From Coniocarpon cinnabarinum (lineage: Eukaryota), in the NCBI GenBank assembly GCA_051942205.1, contig JAVECO010000043.1, positions 1-64,000 of the forward strand: DNA of 64,000 nt, read 5' to 3'. Every line of letters begins with the position of its first letter. The stretch's first letter is position 1. Made by a program: the position numbers and the translations under genes. Below the pieces are notes generated by a model. It was not told the DNA's origin and ran no database searches. It worked only from the letters and a program-made list of their open reading frames with translations. This document shows positions 1 through 10,357 of the stretch, one piece after another.

Positions 1-410
1 GGGAAACAGTGGCAGTGTGGGTGTGGGAATGGGCATAAATGGTGGGTTGGAGTTTAATGCGGAAAAGGGGAGGATAGAAGGGCAGACGGCGATGATGGGA
101 TTGCATCGAGCAGTTCGGGAACAAGTGGATGTGAGTCAAGAGGCTGGCAAGACGTGTGGAATGTTGGATTGTCTGATGGTCGAGGCGGGTTGATGGATCT
201 GGTGCACAGGAGACCAGCGACGTGTCAATAGTGAGCGAGAAGATACCCAATGCACGGCGATTGTTCACAACAGTGATAAGTACAGATTGCTTTTCAGACT
301 GCCATTGCTCTAGTAATCAAAGGATCGTGGGTATCGAGTTAAGTCGTTAACCTTGTATCGTACACTTCCGCTATCACTCAACTCTGCCACCATTCCTCCG
401 CACGTCGGTC

Positions 411-1028
411 CTATCTGTCGTCGGGGTTGCCCGAGAGAATCGCAAGGCGCATGCGATGAAGCTGCAAACATATTAGCGTCTCCCCCATCGCCAGTCAACA
501 CCACCAGGACGTGACTCACCACCGGCAGCTTCGGTATGACCACACACAACGTGGCCAGAAAATTGATTGTGAAATAAAACAAATCATAGTGCGTGTAATG
601 CGTGCTCACAAGGAACAAGACGACCGGCACACTGAGCAGAAACTTCTTGGCGGGTGTATACTGGTCCCCGTCGTCGATTTGTTCCCACATGTTGAGGTTG
701 TCGTAGGCGCCGGCGTTGAAATCAAAGGGCACGCCGCGCACCCAGTGGAACATGAGATAGGACCCGAACATATACGTGACGTTGGTCATGGTCCAAGAGG
801 CTTCTTGGGATTGGACGAGGGGGAGGATGTCGTAGAAGATTTTGCAGCAGATGATGAGTACGGGGTGGATGACCCATGCGCCTGAATGAAATCTAATTAG
901 CTTTGGGGATCATGGATGAAAGAAGGAAATGTCAACGTGCCTTTGGCATTCACCCAGTTGGCGTTGATGTTGGGTAAAGCCGATTGATCGGTGAGCTGGT
1001 CCAGGCTTTCAGGAGGTTCGGTGTACAT
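411..1028 (-). CDS. ORM1: ORMDL-family sphingolipid homeostasis protein; exons 1028-941, 881-520, 461-411 (true start may lie upstream, see findings)
   Basis: Spliced translation MYTEPPESLDQLTDQSALPNINANWVNAKG/AWVIHPVLII...MFHWVRGVPFDFNAGAYDNLNMWEQIDDGDQYTPAKKFL...VIPKLPV/LHRMRL matches ORMDL motifs. Introns are 940-882 (GC-AG) and 519-462 (GT-AG), both with CTAAT branch points. Confidence 0.93.
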
Positions 1029-2349
1029 CAGGCTACTAGAGCGTCTTCGACGGCTGGACAGAGATGGCGTCTTGGATAAGACGTGGCCGGGCTTGGTGCC
1101 ATTTCGGACAGGCGCGGTGGTGGTTGAAAATCCCACGCCGGTAGACGCCCGGGTGGGATGTAGCAATTCTTGTTGAGACGCCAGCTTGACGACTTCTCAG
1201 ATCTAAAATCTCCGAAACCGAGAACCAAGTCTCAATCGCCGTCCACGTGGACAGGAACAAAAACAATGACGTCTAGCGAGCGGGATAGATGTTGTTTGCT
1301 GGGAAGTCGGCCTCTCAGTAAGGCAGTCAGTCAGTGGAACGAGGGTCTGGGTCTAGAATGTTAAGCACAGCAATGGATGGGGCAAGGCAGAGCAAGGCCA
1401 GGCAAAGAATGCGAATGTGCTGTCTTGAAGCTGCGTATGGAAAACGGTGGATTGCAAAAGCCGAAGCGGGAGGATTGTTGCTGGGGACGGAATGAGCTTT
1501 GCCTGGTGAGGTGCGAGAGAGGTTGCGTAGGTCTGTAAGGTGAGTACGTGTCGCCTGCTTTGGAGGAAGCTGGCGAGTCAGGTGCTTTCGCCAAGCAGGC
1601 CTTGATCCGTGCGCATCCTTGCATTTGCACGTGACAACGAAGGTTACCTAAGCTATCAATCACTCGTATCTTTGTATCGGAACGTGTCTATGTTGCTTTT
1701 GACGGGCTGGCCAGCATCTCTCACATCTACGCCTCACGAAAAGCTGCCGCAAGTCTACAATGAACATCGTCGCCACTTCAGACCCCAGAGATAATGTGGC
1801 TATCTCTACGACCTTTCTGCGGTCTTTGTTAATGCATATTGTGCTTTGAATAGATGCTACTTTTGCACAGAAGATCGAAGGGGTCGAAAAAGGAGCCCAT
1901 GAAATGACGATCCTCACACGACCTTTTCTGATTGCCGCAGGTTATATGCTTTGATACAGGTGCTGTTGCTCGCTCCGAATCATACAGTCAGCTACGATCC
2001 GGGTAATGTCAAAGCGATGTTCTCTGCCACTGGTGATAGCTTTGTGGCAGGCGTCAATACAGATTCTCGCTATATAAAGCAGTCGAGTGATATATAATAT
2101 GTTCTCGAGAAGATGCCATTGTGCATCATTCGCTTCCCGATGGTCCGTCTCGTGTCTAATAAAGCGCTCTGTCAGTGCGGTGCTCACCCTACAGATACTA
2201 TAGCCATTTATCATCTATCATTAGCTTGATCTAGGCTGCACTCGCAAGAGCTCATGTGTTCAAACAATTCCTTGGATGTTTAGCAAGCTCCTCGAATGCA
2301 GAAGTCAACGAACTCTTTCAAATACTCTAAATGAGTCTTGCGAAATGCT

Positions 2350-3219
2350 TCACCTCCAAGCCCACAGAACTCCCAAGCCAGCCACCGCCACCGTCCCCAA
2401 AAGCATCGCCCAAGCCTTCAGCCCTCGCATGAACAAGAACCGCTTCAACTCTCGCAACGCTGCACCCTCGTTAATCGTCGGCAACTCTTTTCCCAGTGCT
2501 GGATCCACGTCACATCCCAAGAATTCGCATATCGGCTCCAACCCCATGCTTGGCTCCCACTCTAGCAACTCTCTTCCGTCCCTAGCCACGACGTCTCTCA
2601 CCCACTGATTCTGCATCTCATAGAACGCAGCCGTGAACACATCACTCGTCCCGAAGCGGCGCTGACATAATCCAATCCACGAGCGGTAGATGTGATAATG
2701 CCAGTAACTCTGTGGAACGAGATATGTCGCCAGAAAATAAACCCGGGTGCTGTAAATCGCCAGGCTCTCCCTGATAGAGCGCTTCCACGCTTCAGCACTC
2801 GCGCGCTTATTCAGTATGATTTTGGCGTTCGGGTACAACTCGAGGAGGTCTTCGAGGATCGCTGGACCGGGAAGGTCACTGCAGGCGTTGTAACCGGCGT
2901 AGAATTGGCGGATCAACGACTGACGGCGTACTTTGGAAGTTTCGTCACAGAAGGCGCATTCGAGTTTCATGATGTGGTTGTGTGGCATGATGTGGATGCC
3001 GTGCATGCTTGGTGCGAAGGGATGGTGAGGTGATGACCCTGATGTGGTGTCCGTGGAGCCATGTGGAGCAGAAGGACGAGCGATGAGTTGTTTCTCGAAG
3101 ACGTGTTGGAGGGTACTTGTAGCAGCGCGAGGGAGACCGGCAGCTATAACTTTGAGGGTGCTGCTCTCTTGGGAATTGGGGCGGATTGTCTGGATGTCGT
3201 TGACGAATCGTCTGCTCAT
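2350..3219 (-). CDS. Sulfotransferase-4-like / P-loop NTPase-fold protein with C-terminal TM helix
   Basis: 289-aa ORF with KVIAAGLPRAATSTL, ACSDLP, LYPNAKIILNKR, LLEW...PICEFLG motifs typical of this fungal family, and a hydrophobic C-terminus. Confidence 0.8.
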   Translation of the reverse strand: MSRRFVNDIQTIRPNSQESSTLKVIAAGLPRAATSTLQHVFEKQLIARPSAPHGSTDTTSGSSPHHPFAPSMHGIHIMPHNHIMKLECAFCDETSKVRRQSLIRQFYAGYNACSDLPGPAILEDLLELYPNAKIILNKRASAEAWKRSIRESLAIYSTRVYFLATYLVPQSYWHYHIYRSWIGLCQRRFGTSDVFTAAFYEMQNQWVRDVVARDGRELLEWEPSMGLEPICEFLGCDVDPALGKELPTINEGAALRELKRFLFMRGLKAWAMLLGTVAVAGLGVLWAWR

Positions 3220-5310
3220 TGCCGTCTTTCACGTGCAAAGCGGAATTGCAGAGGTGGCGGTAAAGGTGCTGGAATATCGCTCAAGTCTATGTCATATTCT
3301 GCCTTGTGCGCGAAAGTGATTTAATGTACGAATCCCTTGTTCGCAGAATGAGGGGTAGCTGAGGCAGCGAGGGAAAGCGCTGCAAGCGTCGTGATCTGCA
3401 TTTCCTGTCATTATATGAAGGGCATGGTATACTAGAAGTGGTTAGTCGCACTATGGCATCTTGCCGTGTTCATCAAATGTCCGCCCGCGTACTACTGAAG
3501 CAGGAATTTGTATATGCCATTCAGGCAACGCAGCATCTCTTGCAGAGTCTTTGACCTGCAATGACTACGAGAGTCAAGGACGTCAGAAGTAAGGTGTTTG
3601 AAGCGACAACATAGTCTAGTCGGGCTTCAACCTGACGGCTGTGCACCGCACAAAATCCAGATCATGTATGATGTTTTTTTGATACGAAAACTAGGCTGTC
3701 TTATCTTGATGTCTTGAGCTTGCTCATGGGCATCGTGAAGAGTTTCCAGGCGTTCAATCAGACGATAATGGGCTGCACTTCCAAAAGGACCAGCGGCGTC
3801 GAGCCGGACGGTAGATTTTGGCTTTGCAACTGCTTTGAAACCCCAGGAGTAAGAAAGGCATTAGGTATGTGTCCGCTCCAGACTCAACGGCGTCACGCGT
3901 TTGCAAGTGCCTCGATTACTTTCCCGGAAGGAAGGTACAGTCCATGTTGAGCATGAACGACTCCGCGTGAGCATGTACACGGCGGACAAGGGCGGCTGTC
4001 CTCCGAGGAGGCGTAGCAAGGCGCAACGGCGACTAGACAGGTTTTCGGATCAAGAAGCGCTATGCCACCCATCTCGCACTCGCAGACGGTTTACAGCCTA
4101 CCTTTGAGTGGAGCCGCCAGATTCCCTTATGACATATGTACTTCAGAGACGCGCCCGGCTCGTGCAACCAGAAAGTTCGAACCTTGCGATGGGAAAAAGA
4201 GACGAGTGAAAGGATCCAGTAGTTCGCCCGAGCGCTATGTTTCAGGCTTAGTGAGAGAGAGCTGAAGCGCTGTGATTGGGTGAGACGGGACGGGAGGACG
4301 GATATGCAACGCCCTCTCCATGGACAAGGGCCACTTAGTGCTGCTTGCCTTCCATGGTCCGCAATACATCATTCTTTCTTCTCCACCCAAGCCTCTCGAG
4401 AGTGCGCAGGCTCTGACAGCGTGGCTGCTATATCTTTGGTATCAAGTTGCGCTCCTTTGCAAGCAGATGCAGATGGGAATCAGCGCATTGGTGGAAAACG
4501 ACTCGTCTCTGCGGCTATGCGAATCTGCGATCTCGTGAAAAGCTGTGCGATGACGACCGTCAGCAATCTGAAATCCGGGGGCGCCTCTGAGAGGACTGTC
4601 TGAGACTCGATGATGTGGTGAAGTTGAGACCGGCCCCAAGTGTGTGGAAGATTGGACCCAGTCTCGCGTCGCAAGTCTGAGCAGGCGCAGAGGCAGCAGG
4701 AAGAGATGTCCAGACCAGCACAAGGACGGTGTGACGCGGTGGGCCCGTTTCACGCCTAGCTTGAAGATGGTCTACCATAGTGCCATGTAGGACTTTGATT
4801 GTTCGACCCGTGCGCCAGGTCTCTACGTAATGGCCATCGGGACACGAGCATCCACATGGTCTGCAAGGCTGCGATCATCTTCCATGCCTTTGCGCATGAG
4901 CTGGGCGCGAGAGAGACTTGATTGCGGATACTCCGTACATAAGAGGAGATGAGCAGGGCCCCCTACTTGTCTGAAGCAACCTGGTACTCCGTAGCAGAGC
5001 ACAGCCCACGATCGGAGCGCCAAGGGGCCACTAGTGCCTCTAGCGCCTCACACACGTGGGCGCGGAGTGCGGGAAACCTAAGGGAAGGGAAAGGGACGGG
5101 GGATGGTGGAATTTGAGTGCAAGTGGAAGAAGCGTACGAGAGAGATCCCGCCTGTCAGTCAGTCCACCCTCCCTTCCATCATTTGCTGCTACGGAGCCCT
5201 ACCTACTCTCACACAACCTCTCACACAACCTCTCCCGCGCCCGCACACGCCCTCTCTCGCCCTCCATCCCTCTCTCTCCCCCGTCGCCGGCCTCTAACTC
5301 TCTCTGCTCT

Positions 5311-5340
5311 CCACTCCCACTCCCACTCCCACTCCCACTC
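5311..5340 (+). repeat. (CCACTC)5 hexamer repeat in a pyrimidine-rich 5' leader
   Basis: ccactcccactcccactcccactcccactc lies within a C/T-rich tract (~5200-5480) upstream of the 5825 gene. Confidence 0.85.
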
Positions 5341-5824
5341 CCTTCCCTCGCGCCCTCGCTCACACGGCTCCCTCGCCCTGCCTCGTCCCGTCTTTTACAT
5401 CACCGCTCTCCGCATCGGCTCTCTCTTCCCGCTCCTTCCTGCATATCCTCCTCACCCCCAATCTGCCCAACCAGCTCCTCACGCCCGCCCACCGTCAGCC
5501 ATTCAGCTGCGCTCCGCCTCAATCTCTTCTAAATATACGTCGCCTATCTATCTCATCAGCTCTTGTAGGTGCATGTCTGAGATAGGATCTCCGCGACTCG
5601 TATTGCATGACTATAGTTGCATCCGCGACCGCTGTCCCACTCATCTGCCTGGGCCGCGCCGCCTGGGTCGCAACCGACCGGGTTCGAGCAAGCTGCTGTG
5701 TATGTACCACGAATTGTCTCCCTCCTCTCCGCCACGGACTTCTTGCTGATCGTTAATACACAAGTAAGCCATCGGCGACGAGCTCCCCAGCACGAAAACG
5801 CTCCTCGCAGGTCCGCAAGGCGCC

Positions 5825-8800
5825 ATGCGTCACCACTTGCGCAACAGTGAAGACGCTCGCTCATCTCCCTTTTCACCTCCTAGTCGCAGTCCCAGCATCT
5901 CCAGCTTGAACTCTCCCTCGACTGCACGCTTCACTCTCATCCAGCCGCCGCCCACTGATCCTCCTCCAGCGTTTGTCGCTGCTGCGGCTGCCTCGGAGAT
6001 TGTGACAAACCTTCGTAGCCGTCCGGACAGAGAGGATGGACAGCGTTTCGACAATGCGGCTATTGTCAGCGAGGATGCTCTGGCATCTATCAACGCCTTT
6101 CTGGACTTCTTGCTCTACAACATGCTCGTCGTCGCGCGCTCATCAGCCTTAGCCCCGGTGCGGCTTGCCGTCGATCAAGTGGTCAAAGGCAAGATGGCCC
6201 AACATGCGATCCGCAGCGGCGAGCTGGAGCTTGAAGAGCTGGTCAGTGATGAAGATGAGCATGAGCTTGCCAGCATGCGGCATGGGCTGGATGCTGAAGC
6301 TCAGTGGGATGCGGACATGGTGTGGAAGCGCACGCGCTTGAAAATATTCACAATGATGCGGCTATCTGAAATCGAGGACGACGATGAAGACGACGAAGAC
6401 GAGCTTGATGAAGATGACAATGGCTCAGATCGACCCTCGCGCGGAGCTGGGCTCGTTTCCTGGCCTGCAAAGATATTTCTTACTGGCGCTCTCGAGCGGA
6501 TCGCGGAACAATGTATCAAGGATGCGGGTGAGAGCGCGTACAACAGAGTGTCTATATCTCGCCCCGGAACTCGAGACGGCTTTTACGACGATGACGACGA
6601 ACTTCTCGTTATCCGTGACCAAGATGTTAAGAAGCTTGCCCTGTCCCAGCTTGTGGGACGGATCTGGCGAACTTGGAAGCACTCATTGCCTCGTGGGTCT
6701 CCGCGTATGAGTCTGAATTCTGGTAGGCAATTCAGTCATGAGCGTGGAGCGTCGGTCATGTCAGAGACAGCCTATAGCCGACGACCCTCAAACGCGCTTC
6801 AAGCAATCACGGATCAATCAAGAGACGAGCTTGTCCAAGAATATGACCGAGAGCCCGCGGACGACCGTCTCACGAGAACCACGTCCGAAATAAGGACTCC
6901 TCGCTCGCCTCGCCGCACGAGCGATCAGTCAGGTGAGAAGACAAAGCCACAACGGCATGCCCCTCGCAGATCTAGATCTTTTGGGAGATTTCCTGTCGCT
7001 GTGCCCGGTCGCTCTGATGCTGTTTCGTGGCGATCGCAACGTGGCAGCGAGCCTCTGACAGAGGAGCAGCTGAGGCGTATGCGCTCATCGTCGCTGCCGC
7101 CGCCTACAGGTCCAAGTGCTCACCTGACGACGGCGAATCGATTAGACGAAGATACCGCTCCAAGTGCGCCGAGTATGCCGACCCCAGCCAAGAAGACGTC
7201 GCGCAATTCGCGTGATCTTGCTGCTGAAGCGGCAAAAGCAGCTCCACAGGCGGCAGAAGCCACCATGGCTAACAAAGCTGGCAAACGCATGTCCCGAGAC
7301 TCCAACAAACGGAGATCTAAGGAAGTTCGCCGCTCCCGCGAAGTGACAGCGCCTGTGGAGCCCCACGACCCAGAACTGGCAGCAGAACCAGCAGAGAGCG
7401 ACGACGTCCACCAAGACGCGCCGCTCGCGGCGTCAGTAAGCGTTTCAGATGAAGAGTATGATCCTTTCAGAGCCGATGCCGCAACACCGCCTCCTGTGAT
7501 GTCCTCGAGGGCGGGTCCTCTGGAACACGTGCCTCCACATGCTCCGTCGGTCCAAGACACTTTGCGGAAGATGTCACAGCGTACCTCAATGAGCCCGTCC
7601 CCTCATCGAGAACCTGGTGCTACTGCCACACTCTCGGACGGGGCTGTATCATCGGCGATGTTTGGGACTACCTCACAGCAAAGAAGAGCAAAGAAGCCAG
7701 CACCGCTGGACATGTCATCGGCCGGCACGTCTGAGTCACATTCGGCGACGAGAGACGTTCGTTCCCAGCAACATGATCGTGCACCGTCTGACGGCCATCA
7801 GGCCAGGGCTATCAGCATGGTCTCACGAGAGGCTGTGATCAGAGACTTTTCGCCTAGCCAAGCCAGTGCCGGGCGAGGCGACACGGGATCGCGCACCCCA
7901 TCGTCATCCAAGCTGAATCGAATGGGCACCTCAGACACGGGCAGTGCTCCCTATCATACCCCTCGAGGATCGCCGACCGCGTTCGAGGAGCGTCCAGGTG
8001 CAGCTGCGCCCACCTCAGATCCGTCCAACACTACTGCCACGGCCACGACATCCAGTCCGAGAACCCATCGCGCGACGGAGAGCACCACGTCTCGGACGTC
8101 GAACAAAGCGCCTGTCACACGCGAGCACGACAAAGCCGCGAGCGTGGGCACACGTTCCGACAAAGAATTCCATGAGCTCATGTCTGGCAACGAGACCGTG
8201 AAGCGCAGTCTGACTCCCAAAGCCCTGACGGACATTGAGGTTCGAAAGAGTCCCCTTTCATATCATCCCACGCACGCTGCTGACGCGCAAGTGCAGGCAG
8301 CGGATTCGTCGACGCTCCGCCAGCAGCAAGTAAGATCCACATACGGACCACCCTCGCCGATGGCCACCCAATTCCCTATTTCGGAAGCTTCGGAGTCCGC
8401 AGACATCAGCTCCGCCGATGCGGTTGTGCCTGCCTCCAAGAAAGCATCGAACATTGGCGCCATTCGGAGGGCCGCTGAAGAGGCAAGAATAGCAGAAGCG
8501 GGATCGTCCGCGTCGTCGTCGTCTCGACCTCCTAGGAGCCCGCATACTGCCCGCGATGCCCGAGAGCAGTCGTACAGAACGAACGACATGGCTGACTTTA
8601 TTCGATCCACGGCCCCCACCAGCCCGGATCAAGCGCCCAAGCTCGTGTCTCCAGCATCGACTTCACCTACAGCCTCAGGTTCCAAATCTGCGGCAGCACA
8701 CAAGCCTCCGACGGTCCCTTCCGTCAAGTCGGTCGTGCCCAATACGAGTCGCAAGGCGCCCAAGAAGCTCATGCGGCCCGCCAAGATGGAGCACCAAGCT

Positions 8801-9604
8801 AATGACGACTTGATCAGCTTCCTCAGGGAGGGTCCCCCTGGCGCGCAGGTCAACAAGTCGAAGTCACTGGAGACTACAGCAAGCCGCGCAAACGATGGCA
8901 TGGGACTCGGCCAATTGTCGCCCGCCAATCGATCCAGCTCGCAGATGTCTCAGTCTATCAATGAATCGGTTGCCTCGCACAGTGCTCTATTGCCCAAAGC
9001 GAGCGAACGCAGTCCGATGATGAACGCTGCTGTGCCTCGGTCGGGCCCCCCGGCGCCCAAGACCGGAGACGGCAGCATGCCTCAGCGGAAGCAGAAACGA
9101 GGCAAGGATCCATACGCGATTGAGTCAGATGACGAGGATACCGATGTCCTGACCGGCCTCCCAAAGAAGGCCGACCCCTCGGAGGCCATGAGCATGGCGG
9201 ACTTTCTACGGAGCACCGCCCCGCCGGATGATAATCAGCCGTCTAGTCTTGCGTCTTCTGCAACCGCCAAGCGCCTGACGTCTCCACCCGGCCGGAATCG
9301 TCTCACGTCTCCACCACGCGGAAAGCGTGGCTCCGCAAGTCCGTTTGGCACGCAAAGCACGGCTGTGGGTGGGCCGGCCCCTGGTCCTGGTCCGAAGCTG
9401 CACAAAACAATACCCTCGAACGAGGAGATCAAGCGGGATCCTGGGGACTTGGCGTTACCCCAGTTTCTGAAAGAAGATCGGCAGTTGCGACCGCGCGAGA
9501 GTTATGATAACGAGTCGCCAATGAGAAAGGGGAGGTCGTCGAGTAAAGATGCTGGAAGGGCAGGAATGCGAGGGTTGTTCAAGAGGATTGGCGTGAACGG
9601 ATGA
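5825..9604 (+). CDS. Large fungal protein with an N-terminal helical (possibly histone-fold-like) domain and a long S/R/P-rich disordered region; probable in-frame intron 8240-8296
   Basis: 1259-aa ORF with an ordered N-terminus (ALASINAFLDFLLYNML...KIFLTGALERIAEQCI). GTTCGA...GCTGAC...TGCAG forms a 57-nt intron-like segment. Confidence 0.8.
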   Translation: MRHHLRNSEDARSSPFSPPSRSPSISSLNSPSTARFTLIQPPPTDPPPAFVAAAAASEIVTNLRSRPDREDGQRFDNAAIVSEDALASINAFLDFLLYNMLVVARSSALAPVRLAVDQVVKGKMAQHAIRSGELELEELVSDEDEHELASMRHGLDAEAQWDADMVWKRTRLKIFTMMRLSEIEDDDEDDEDELDEDDNGSDRPSRGAGLVSWPAKIFLTGALERIAEQCIKDAGESAYNRVSISRPGTRDGFYDDDDELLVIRDQDVKKLALSQLVGRIWRTWKHSLPRGSPRMSLNSGRQFSHERGASVMSETAYSRRPSNALQAITDQSRDELVQEYDREPADDRLTRTTSEIRTPRSPRRTSDQSGEKTKPQRHAPRRSRSFGRFPVAVPGRSDAVSWRSQRGSEPLTEEQLRRMRSSSLPPPTGPSAHLTTANRLDEDTAPSAPSMPTPAKKTSRNSRDLAAEAAKAAPQAAEATMANKAGKRMSRDSNKRRSKEVRRSREVTAPVEPHDPELAAEPAESDDVHQDAPLAASVSVSDEEYDPFRADAATPPPVMSSRAGPLEHVPPHAPSVQDTLRKMSQRTSMSPSPHREPGATATLSDGAVSSAMFGTTSQQRRAKKPAPLDMSSAGTSESHSATRDVRSQQHDRAPSDGHQARAISMVSREAVIRDFSPSQASAGRGDTGSRTPSSSKLNRMGTSDTGSAPYHTPRGSPTAFEERPGAAAPTSDPSNTTATATTSSPRTHRATESTTSRTSNKAPVTREHDKAASVGTRSDKEFHELMSGNETVKRSLTPKALTDIEVRKSPLSYHPTHAADAQVQAADSSTLRQQQVRSTYGPPSPMATQFPISEASESADISSADAVVPASKKASNIGAIRRAAEEARIAEAGSSASSSSRPPRSPHTARDAREQSYRTNDMADFIRSTAPTSPDQAPKLVSPASTSPTASGSKSAAAHKPPTVPSVKSVVPNTSRKAPKKLMRPAKMEHQANDDLISFLREGPPGAQVNKSKSLETTASRANDGMGLGQLSPANRSSSQMSQSINESVASHSALLPKASERSPMMNAAVPRSGPPAPKTGDGSMPQRKQKRGKDPYAIESDDEDTDVLTGLPKKADPSEAMSMADFLRSTAPPDDNQPSSLASSATAKRLTSPPGRNRLTSPPRGKRGSASPFGTQSTAVGGPAPGPGPKLHKTIPSNEEIKRDPGDLALPQFLKEDRQLRPRESYDNESPMRKGRSSSKDAGRAGMRGLFKRIGVNG

Positions 9605-10357
9605 AAAATGAGTCAAGGTATATACGGTACTTATTTTCGACGGTCGATTACATACATCTAATGCTATTTGCGACACGGTATTGGATAGGAGAAGCAAGAT
9701 GGTGATTCACTAGTTAACTACATACCCCTACGCAGCATGATAATGTGTGATGTGTTGGTCACCAATCCAGCTCTTTGGGATAGTTAGCTCATTCCCTGAA
9801 GTTCATGTGATTGCGGGTCAGTGCTGTGGATTACGCCGTAGCCCATGCTGTTGGAGCGTGTGAGGCTGCAACGCGCCCATGGTCGTATGCACTATAGCAT
9901 GCAGGCATTGACATCGTTCACGCCAACCTCCGCACTAGCTCAAGGAACGCGGCCGTGCCGCTCTGCTAAACAGACATTAATATATGATGGGATGCATTGG
10001 TGTAACTCTGACCTGACTCTTCGAATTCAACCTCAACGCGTCTTTCACGTGTCATGACGCATGCGTGGACACCTTTAGATATTCCCTGTAGGTGTATATG
10101 ACTGACATTGGCTTGGCGGGGTCGTTAGCGCATAATTGATTCGCCAACTTCACTTGCTTTGCTCTGACGCCTTCCCAACCCAACCATCTGTCAGCTTCAT
10201 TTTCCATGTGCCATACGATTGTCTCGATGATGGAACTAAGTTGCTAATCTGTATCTTCTTTCAGATCGCTGGGACCTCGACAACCCCTAGTCCTCGCAAT
10301 CGCGAACGCTGTACGTGGTCAAGTAGCAGCTCGACGCCTCTCGCATGACTGCCCACA

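Noticed and set aside
3320..5050. Short ORFs between the sulfotransferase-like gene and the 5825 gene
   Set aside because: No recognisable motifs or consistent exon structure; treated as a divergent promoter region.
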